Below the pieces are notes generated by a model that saw only the letters and a list, made by a program, of their open reading frames with translations, was not told where the DNA came from and did no database searches. Of a stretch of 64,000 bases of DNA, positions 54,759 through 64,000 are shown one piece after another; the stretch's first letter is position 1; every line of letters begins with the position of its first letter. Both the position numbers and the translations under genes were made by a program. This DNA comes from Octopus vulgaris. Taxonomy: Eukaryota. The DNA is taken from positions 59,520,001 through 59,584,000 of the forward strand of contig OX597816.1 in NCBI GenBank assembly GCA_951406725.2, written 5' to 3'.

Positions 54759-56350
54759 TGTGGAAAGATTCCGACCACTCCCCACCCCCAAGTAACTAAA
54801 AGTGGACGACTGACACATTGCTATAAAATAAAGAACTGTGAGCAATTGATGGCAGGCAGTTCAGTGTGAGCTGTTGACAGAGAGTGTTTTAACCTCATGT
54901 GGTAGTAAACATCTTGTGTCATGTGAATACTTTCTTTCCCCTTGCTTCATTAAATTATTTATCCGACACTGGGATATAAAAGTGGTAACGAGTTGTTTGA
55001 CACTTGTGTTGGACATTTAGAATATTTTTTTAGTATGAAACCAAAGAAAAAAATCGTTTTAACATGGAAGACTTATTGGCCTCCATGGTGCAGTTGCAAC
55101 AGCAACAGCTCCTGCAGCAACAACAACAGCAACTACAGAACCAATAGTTGCTGGAATTAATGTTGAAGAAGTCTGAAAATACTTCAGGTTCATACTTGCC
55201 AGACAGCATGGCAAACTCAAGTGAAGAATTCAATTATAATCCAAAAGAAGGGATTATATTTCCGAAGGTACAAAGAAATCTTCAAAGAAAAAATGTAAAA
55301 ATTGGTCTGACGAGAAAAAAGTACAACTGCTTTTCAGTAAGTTATAGGTGAGATTTGTTTTGATTAAACAATTTTTTATTGAAAATTTTCAGTGAAAGAA
55401 GTTCCCTGTTCAATACTCACTGGAAATGTTTGAATTTGGTCAAAAAAGATGAATATTTCATCCCCTGTGCTAGGGTTGTTAACAGAGAGTGAGAAAAATT
55501 CAAATTAAATGAATTAACCCTAGACGTGTTTAAAAGTCTAACTTTTGTTCAAGGACTTACTGCAAGCAAAGATGCAGATATAAACAAAATTAGAACAGGA
55601 CCAAAAACTGACTCTACAGACAGTAGTAGAAGAATGCCCGAGCACCTTAAATTTAAGACATGACACAAATAAAATTGAAGAAAAAGATTGCTCTCATATT
55701 CATGCATGTCAACTTGTAACAGATAAGAAAAAAGAGAAAAAAATGTCAAAACTGAATCTATGTTATGGGTGCGGTGGTCTACATTCTAAAAGGAATTATC
55801 TGTTTAAAAATATAAAATGCTCCAAGTGCGGTAAGATAGGTCATAAGAAATCACACTGTAAAACAAAACCTAAAAATAGTATAACAAAAAAAAACCCACG
55901 TAAACAGGTTATCAGTGACAAGAAATACGAATGAGCCTCAAAGAAAATTTGTGTGTAAAAATTAATAACACACATTTAAACTGGTGGCATGTGTAAAAAG
56001 ATTCGAGCGATGTCATTGCCAGTACCACCTAACTGGCCCTGTGCCAGTGGCATGTAAAAAGCACCCACTACACTCTGGCGTTAGGAAGGGCGTCCAGCTG
56101 TAGAAAGATTTAAGTCTGGTGCAGCCATCTGGTTTACCAGCCCTCAGTCAAAATCGTCCAACCCATGCTAGCATGGAAAGCAGACGTTAAACGATGATGA
56201 TGTAAAGTTACAATTCAATACAGGCAGCAGTGATATCTCAGTAATTAATACAAATACATGGGAAAAAATCAAGGGACCTAGATTAAAATAAACTTTGAAA
56301 ATTGCATGTGATGTTTCATTTTGTGGAAAAACCTTAAAAGCCAAAGTTTG
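54759..56350 (+). mobile_element. Degraded Ty3/Gypsy (Mag/K02A2.6-like) LTR element: 5' LTR, PBS, gag with CCHC knuckles, protease remnant
   Basis: TG...CA LTR-like block with AATAAA, PBS-like TGGTAACGAG (about 54983), gag remnant EEFNYNPKEG, CYGCGGLH and CSKCGKIGHKKSHC, protease remnant KLQFNTGSSDISVI split off by an RTE-3'UTR insertion (55981-56201). Confidence 0.75.
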
Positions 56351-58559
56351 GGTTAATAATTAACCAAATAGACTCAGGTCGACCAAAGCCTTGTGAGTGG
56401 ATTTGGTAAATGGAAACTAAAAGAAGCATGTCATACATACATATTTATATACACACACACATCTATGTATGTGTGTCTTTGTCACCCCACCACTTGACAA
56501 CTAGTGCTGATGTGTTTACACTCCTGCAACTTAGCAATCAGGCAAATGGGGCCGACAGAATGAGTGCCAAGCTTTAAAACAAAAATAAGTAGTGGGGTCA
56601 ATTCATTTGACTAAAAATTCTTCAAGGTGGTGCCCCAGCATGGCCACAGTCTAATGACTGAAACAAGATAAAAGAGAGAAATCTTTTGCATTTAACCAAA
56701 GACCAAATTATTGAAAGTGGAATCAATCTGGAAGCAACAAGATTTCAGAAACTATTTCAGAGGAAGATCTCACTTGGACAGAATTAATTATTAACCCAAA
56801 ATCTGAGCTTTCCATTTGCATTCTACATTTGGTAAAATATGTTATTAGGGTGATAACATTATAATGTTATGAGGTGAGGTTGTAATAAAGACACACAGCA
56901 TAAAAATCAATCATCTATTTATGGAAATCAATCACTTCTTTATTGATGGAGGATTTTAAACCGTTTCATCTTTTCAATATTCATCATTGGCAAAAAATCA
57001 ATAACCAAGAACTTTAAAATCTTCAACAAAAACTGTTTCTTTGTCAAGTGATTCTAACAACAAAAAATTGAAGAATTTTATTATAATTATGATTTTTAGA
57101 ATAAAGATTGTTTGCCAATATAACATGGCAGTCCTGGTTTAGGACGAATGTTGCTGTAATTTAGCCCCAGGAGACATCATCTCCAGCTGGCTATACAACA
57201 CGATCTGTGCTTTTATATTATTGAACAAGGGAATCTAGCATTCCCACTCAGCTCAAAACAATATCTGTGTATCGCGATTTCCAGGTTATTTCCCTTCATC
57301 AGCACAGAATAATTGTTTGGTTAGAGGTGGCGCTGCCAAATTCAAAAAGTTCAATGCTATTTCTTCTGGTTCTTCATAATCTGACTTCAAAGTCTGGCAA
57401 GATAAACTCTACCTTGTTTCCTTTAGGGTTGAAGTACCAATCAAGTATGGTTTTGAGTTCAATTCCTGGTGTCACGTTGTCTCCTTGAGCAAGACACTTT
57501 ATTTCACATTGCTCCAGTTAACTCAGCTGGCAAAAATGAATTGTACCTGCAATTCAGAGGAGCCAGTCTTGTCGCATTCTGTGTGCCATGTTGAATCTCC
57601 CTGAGAACAAAATTTAGAGAATGTGTGTCTGTGGAGCGCTCAGCCAGTTGCATGTTAATTTCACAAGCAAATTGTTTTGTTGATCAAATCAACTAGAATG
57701 CTCATAACCAACAGAGAGAGACAGTTTACGAGATGTGTATTTGATGATAGTTTTATCATTTTAGGATGGATTTCAATGGATTTCACGAGCTGGCAGAAAC
57801 GTTAGCATGCCGGGCGAAATGCGTAGTTGTATTTTGTCTACCGTTATGTTCTGAGTTCAAATTCCACCGAGGTTGACTTTGCCTTTCATCCTTTCGGGGT
57901 TGATTAAATAAGTACCAGTTACACACTGGGGTCGATGTAATCGACTTAATCTGTGTGTCTGCCCTTGTTTGTCCCCTCTGTGTTTAGCCCCTTGTGGCTA
58001 GTAAAGAAATAGGTATTTTGTCTGCCGTTACGTTCTGAGTTCAAATTCTACCGAGGTTGACTTTGCCTTTCATCCTTTTGGGGTAGATAAATTAAGTACC
58101 AGTTACGCACTGGGGTCGATGTAATCAACTTAATACCTATGTCTGTCCTTGTTTGTCCCCTCTATGTTTAGCCCCTTGTGGGTAATAAAGAAATAAGTAT
58201 TGAGGGTCCGTGAAAAAAAATTCAAAATTTCATATATATATACATAAACATAAGGATAAGCATATTAAAAGGGGTTGGTGGAAAAACTCATTTAAATAAA
58301 AGGGGTCCTTGGGAGTGAAAAAGTTGGGAACCACTGGCCTACACATTTAGGGGAAAAGATATGCAATGATGATGATGATGACAATGATGCTCTTGAGCAG
58401 GTGGAGGAAATACAGGTGACTTACGGGTCAGTTTTTCATTGACCCCCAATTTCTCTCTAAATAAGTTATTGCTAGAAGGAAAAGAAAACGAAAGATAAAA
58501 CAAAGATTATTGAAGAAAAAATTATAGAAAAATAACAATAAAGTAATTTGAAGCCATAC

Positions 58560-58698
58560 CTCTCCATACTGTGAAAGCCTTTATGTAAATTAACACCAAT
58601 TTTGAGGTAATATTCTAAGACATCAGCACTACCAGAAAGTAAAGACACCTGCACAGGTGAGCGTTTTTTGTAATCTCGTACTTGAATTGAAGCACCAG
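58560..58698 (-). CDS. Internal exon of ankyrin repeat/SOCS-box (ASB-like) gene; ankyrin-like repeat
   Basis: Acceptor tttattttgcAG, donor GTatgg; 139 nt, phase 1 in / phase 2 out; translates GASIQVRDYKKRSPVQVSLLSGSADVLEYYLKIGVNLHKGFHSME, which fits the ankyrin pattern (GA.v..rD....sP.......g..dv..y.L..G). Confidence 0.8.
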
Positions 58699-60461
58699 CT
58701 GCAAAATAAATAAATAAATAAATTTTAACAGATGTTGTAGGCATGGTTGGGTGGTAAAGCATCTCAGTTTGTAATCCCATGGCTCTGAGTTCAATCCCAG
58801 TGCATAACTCCTAGGGCAAGTGTCTTCTTCTATTGCCCTGGTCTGACAAATGCCTTGTGAGTAAATTTGGTAAATGGAAACTGAAAGAAGTAAATTGTGT
58901 GTGTGTGTGTGTGTGTGTGTGTCATCACCATCATTTAATGTCCGTTGGCATGGGTTGGACAGTTTGACTAGGGCTGGTAAGCAGAGGGCTGCACCAGGTT
59001 CCAGTCTGAGTTGGCATGGTTTTCTATGGCTGGATGCCCTTCCTAATGCCAACCACTCCAAGAGTGTAAAAGGTGCTTTTAGATGCCAGAACATAACACC
59101 AGTATCTGCCATGATTACAATTTCACTTGGCTTTATGGGTCTTCTACTCAAGCACGACATATTGCCAAGGGTCTCCGTCATTTGTCATTGCCACCCTGAG
59201 GCCCAATGCTCGAAAGGTGCTTGTTACATGGGTGCTGGTAATGCAACACTGGCATCAGCCACATTGCTCAAAAGGTGTTTTTTGTGTGCCACCAGCATGG
59301 GTGCCAGTTATGTGGCACTGGCATCAGCCACGACTATGGTTTCACTTGGCTTGATGGGTCTTCTCAAGCACAGCATACCACCAAAGGTCTTGGTCATTGC
59401 CACTGTGAGTCCCAATGTTCAAAGATCATGCTTCACCACCTCATGCCATGTCTTCCTGGGTTTACCTCTTCCACATGTTCCCTCCACAGTTAGAGATCAG
59501 CACCTCTTTACACAGTTGTCCTTGTCCATACACACACGTGTGTGTGCACGTGCATATATGTGTGTGCAATATACACATATACATATAGTGGATAATTTCT
59601 ATTACCTAGGAGACCAAATTAGTTGTGGGGTGGGTAATATGACAAAAGACTGAGATGCCTGGTGCCTTGCTGTACTCAAGAAGACCTGTCCTCCACAGCA
59701 GAAGTGTTACAACTGCATCCCCTGGTAAAGAGGGATGCAGCCTACATGAGTCTTGTGCTGGTGCCACGTGAAAAGCACTCATGCTGGTGCCAAGTAGAGA
59801 GCACTATGGTGGTGCCATGTAAAAGCACTTGTGTTGTTAGCATGTTCAAATGCCCCCCAGCACATACTGTAAGTGTGGTTGGTGTTAGGAAAGGAATCCA
59901 GCCATAGAAACTAAGCCAAGTCAGACAGGGGCCTGGAGCAGCTCTCCAACTTGCCAGCTCTGGTCAAACCATCCAACCCATGACAGAATGGAAAATGGAC
60001 ATTAAAGGATGATGATGATGATGATGAAGATGACACACACTGCTTAACAGCCGGTGTCGGTTTGTTTATGCACCATAACTTAGTGTTTCAGCAAAAGAGG
60101 CTGACAGAACAAATACCATCATCATCATCATCATCGTTTAATGTCCATTTTCCATGCTAGCATGGGTTGGACAGTTCGACCGGGATCTGGGAAGCCAGGA
60201 GGCTGCACCAGGCTCCAGTCTGATCTGGCAGTGTTTCTACAGCTGGATGCCCTTCCTAACGCCAACCACTCCAATAAATCTTGGGGCCAATATGTTTGAC
60301 TAAACCCTTCATGGCAGTGCCCCAGCATGGCCACAGTCCAATGTCATAAACAAATAAAAAGATAACCAGAACTTCCTGCAAAACATTTTTATCGGTCACT
60401 CAAAGACATTCTGCTAATCTCCTGCTAGCCAGTGGCCATAAGTAGGACACTAACACTCGAG

Positions 60462-61490
60462 AATGTGGTGAGAATGGATGAAGATAGGTGTGTGAGAAAG
60501 TGCCAATCCCTAGCAGTTGAGGGAACCCGTGGAAGAGGTAGACCCAGGAAAACCTGGGACAAGGTGGTGAAGCACGACCTTCGAACTTTAGGCCTCACTG
60601 AGGAAATGACCAGAGACCGAGACCTTGGAAATATTCTGTACGTGAGAAGACCAGGCAGGACAAGTGAGCCCAGCCCACTTATGAATGCCTTTCCTCCCTT
60701 GGACACAAAGACCGGTTGAGGCAAGCGAAGTTGATATAGAACCTCATCCGACGACAGACACCCATGCCAACCCCCCATGCTTGCGAAGACATGTTGGGGC
60801 AAGCGAAATCGAAATCGAAACCGAATTGAACCAGCCAGGATCCCTGGCCTGGTGGTACGTAAAAAGCACTATCCGACTCGTGGCCGTGGCACGTAAATAC
60901 TCCAATGCGACCGTACGACAGGCACCCATGCCAACCCCCTTTGCTTGTGAAGACATGTTGGGGCAAGCGAAATCGAAATCGAATTGAACCAGCCAGGATC
61001 CCTGGTCTGGTGGTACGTAAAAAGCACTATCCGACTCGTGGCCGTGGCATGTAAAATACTCCAATGCGACCGTACGACAGGCACCCATGCCAACCCCCTT
61101 TGCTTGTGAAGACATGTTGGGGCAAGTGAAATCGAAATCGAATTGAACCAGCCAGGATCCCTGGTCTGGTGGTATGTAAAAAGCACTATCCGACTCGTGG
61201 CCGATGCCAGCACCGCCTCGACTGGCTTCCGTGCCGGTGGCACATAAAATACACCAATCTGACCGTGGCCGTTGCCAGCCCCGCCTGGCACCTGTGCAGG
61301 TGGCACGTAAAAAGCACCCACTACACTCACGGAGTGGTTGGCGTTAGGAAGGGCATCCAGCTGTAGAAACATTGCCAGATTAGACTGGAGCCTGGTGCAG
61401 CCTTCTGGCTTCCCAGAACCCCGGTCAAACCGTCCAACCCATGCTAGCATGGAGAACGGACGTTAAATGACGATGATGATGATGATGATG
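60462..61490 (+). mobile_element. 3' end of an RTE-clade LINE with long tandem-repeat 3'UTR and (GAT)n tail
   Basis: VVRMDEDRCVRKC...VEGTRGRGRPRKTWDKVV; about 160-bp unit x3; terminal GGCGTTAGGAAGGGCATCCAGCTGTAG...GGACGTTAAA(TGA)n. Shorter copies: 41062-41390, 42790-42976, 45405-45671, 51773-52260, 54506-54661, 55981-56201, 58922-59530, 59660-60030, 60117-60272, 63500-63950. Confidence 0.85.
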
Positions 61491-61772
61491 TTTAAAGTAG
61501 AGCACTATTGATCTCACTCTGAACAGTTTGAATGTTGCTAGTGATACAATGTACTGTTAAACATGGAGAATTAGTCCATTGGTCTCTGGTGAACTATTCT
61601 ATTTTTAGCTCTCCACAAATAGCCATTAATCCTGCTCCATGATTGCATAATTCATGTGAATAAAAAGTCACTCAACAGTAAAAAATATAGATATGCCAAC
61701 AAGTCACAGAAAATATTGAAATTATCTCTTGTCTAAATTAACTTCAACAATAGATTGCTGGCATGTAATATA

Positions 61773-62152
61773 TTGGAATGAATATATATTCACAGAACAG
61801 GGGTTGGAACAAATATATATTTGCAGAGGTTGCAACGAATATATATTCACAGAACAGGGGTTGGAACGAATATATATTCACAGAACAGGGGTTGGAACGA
61901 ATATATATTCACAGAACAGGGGTTGGAATGAATATATATTCACAGAGGTTGGAATGAATATATATTCAGAGGTTGGAACGAATATATATTCACAGAACAG
62001 AGGTTGGAATGAATATATATTCACAGAACAGGGGTTGGAACGAATATATATTCACAGAACAGCGGTTGGAATGAATATATATTGACAGAACAGGGGTTGG
62101 AATGAATATATATTCACAGAACAGCGGTTGGAATGAATATATTTTCACAGAA
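61773..62152. repeat. 31-bp minisatellite TTGGAA(C/T)GAATATATATTCACAGAACAGGGG
   Basis: About 13 units, some with internal deletions; each holds the palindrome GAATATATATTC. Confidence 0.9.
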
Positions 62153-62569
62153 TGCTAGTATTCTTTTATAGGATCAAATGTCTTTTTGATGTAGAGAAAA
62201 CCTAATGGCAGTGAGCTGGCAGAACCATTAGCACACCAGTGCCATTTCATCTGCCTTTATATTCTAAGTTCAAATTCCACTAAGGTAAATTTTTCCTTTC
62301 AGGAGTCAATAACTATAATTACCTGTTGAACATTGGGGTTGATGTAATCAACTTAACCTTTTGCTTTTGTATCACCATTTTAAACCCAATATAAAGTAAA
62401 CCATTGTTGCAGAGTTTGTTTTTTTAAATAGTGGCAGACAAGGTGTGTTTATGAATTAACATTCCATTTGTTAATGCTCGTAAATAATTTATATGTTAAA
62501 AGGACATTTGGTATTTATCTACCATGACCTTGATGTCCCACTTTAATAAAAGACAACCAATAAAGGGTG

Positions 62570-63485
62570 AATGAGTCTCTATTTTTGTTATTTGAAAAAA
62601 CAGTTCGTTTCCATGTTTTTGTTTTTATGTTTTCGTTTCTCATTGTGTTCAACATTTTTTTATGCTCTGTACCCATATATGCATGTATATATACATATAA
62701 ATGTTGGTATGTACATATATGTATGTATACATGCATATATTTATATTATTATTTATATTATTATATGATCGAACGCCACGCATCCTTTTCCAAGTAAGTT
62801 TTATCTTAATAATTATGATGCGCACTCTTCTTTACTATTTCTCCTCTGTCTATCTCTCCCTCTCTGGGTTTTCTCTCCCACCCTACCCTATTCTTCTCCT
62901 CTCCCCTTCACTGTTCCCTTTCTCTTACTCCTCCTCAACTCTCTCGTCACTGACACATGATGAGAGGGAAGCCATCTTTCCAACTGCTATCTTCACCAAG
63001 ACCAGACCACTTATCCTATCTCTCTCATAAGTTGTCTCCTCAAGAGTTCAGAATAATTTTTCCATCGTCTCGGCTTAACAGCCCTCATCGTTTGTTTTTA
63101 CTGAGTTATTCTCTTTGTTCTGTCTTTTACAGTTTTTACTGTCTTGTTTTGTTCTTACTGTTCTGTTCTTGTTACCACTTTTACCCCTCCGCAAAAAATC
63201 CCAAATTTTATTTAATTTGCTTTGCGGGAAGGACTGTTTCAACGAAGTTGCGTCTTGTCCTTACCTTTGAAATGCGGAGTAGATGAAACAGGGACAACTG
63301 AAGAAGGGGAATGTTCCTTGTGTTGCATGCCTTGTACTCTGCTTTTTCATTGTTTGAAAAAAAGTTTGTTTCCATGTTTTTGTTCCTCATTGTGTTCAAC
63401 ATTTTTTTGATGTCCTGTACCCATATATGCATGTATATATACATATAGATGTTGGTATGTACATATATGTATGTAATAGATGAAC
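62570..63485 (+). repeat. Direct-repeat element (two related ~200-bp blocks) of probable Penelope-terminus origin
   Basis: 62570-62795 and 63330-63480 are related to each other and to 4990-5245 (..cattgtgttcaac....gtacccatatatgcatg...tgatcgaacgccac). Confidence 0.55.
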
Positions 63486-64000
63486 ATCAATGGAATTTGT
63501 ATCTTTGTGGTACCAGTGCCGGTGGCACACAAGAAAACCATCCGAACGTGGCCGTAGCTAGTACCGCATCGACTGGCCTCCGTGCTGTGGGCACGTAACA
63601 AACACCATCCAATCGTAGTTGTTCGCCAGCCTCATCTGGCACCTGTGTCGGTGGCACATAAAAACACCATCCGAGCGTGGCCGTCTGCCAGCCTCGTCTG
63701 GCACCTGTGTCGGTGGCACATAAAAAACACCATCCGAGCGTGGCCGTTCGCCAGCCTCGTCTGGCACCTGTGTCGGTGGCACATAAAATCACCCACTACA
63801 CTCTCGGAGTGGTTGGCGTTAGGAAGGGCATCCAGCTGTAGAAACACTGCCAGATCTGACTGGCCTGGTGCAGCCTTCGGGCTCCCCAGACCCCAGTTGA
63901 ACCGTCCAACCCATGCTAGCATGGAGAGCGGACGTTAAATGATGATGATGATATATGCATATATTTATATATTATTTATATTATATATATATATATACAC

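Noticed and set aside
58874-59653. 259-aa ORF, and similar ORFs at 60425-61450 and 63487-63938
   Set aside because: Chance read-through of SINE plus RTE 3' repeats; only short RTE C-terminal remnants are real.
61595-61670. Minus-strand HELCNHGAG peptide resembling an ankyrin fragment of the ASB-like gene
   Set aside because: In-frame stop soon after and no convincing splice sites.
61773-62152. CRISPR-like appearance of ~31-bp repeats (also 33650-33995)
   Set aside because: Head-to-tail units without unique spacers, no cas genes, eukaryotic context.
63290-63325. CTGAAGA followed by a hairpin (also near 44350-44410 on minus)
   Set aside because: No correctly placed GAAA and stem III/I; not callable as a hammerhead.

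Overview
Eukaryotic, AT-rich, microsatellite-saturated genomic DNA. The SINE/LINE families are most consistent with an octopod cephalopod (Octopus-like); this is inferred from repeat character, not from a search. The only well-supported host gene is the 3' part of an ankyrin-repeat/SOCS-box (ASB-like) gene on the minus strand, with three phase-compatible GT-AG exons (58560-58698, 52779-52934, 43920-44244). A possible terminal exon of another gene lies at about 6875-7066 (+). Most of the rest is mobile DNA: a young, stop-free but 5'-truncated CR1/L2-group LINE (APE+RT, 48192-51121) whose 3' end is shared with a local SINE family; degraded RTE, CRE-like, Tc1/mariner, hAT, Gypsy and Helitron-like elements; three tRNA-derived SINE families; and several MITEs. 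The most notable hidden signal is a set of minimal type-I hammerhead ribozymes (canonical CUGAUGA...GAAA cores with stems I-III) in several unrelated short inverted-repeat elements of Penelope-like (PLE) terminal type, plus a family with the same topology but a divergent core. Repeat content and CpG decay also change sharply at about 41 kb, where the ASB-like gene body begins. Nearly all short ORFs in the supplied track are microsatellite artefacts.
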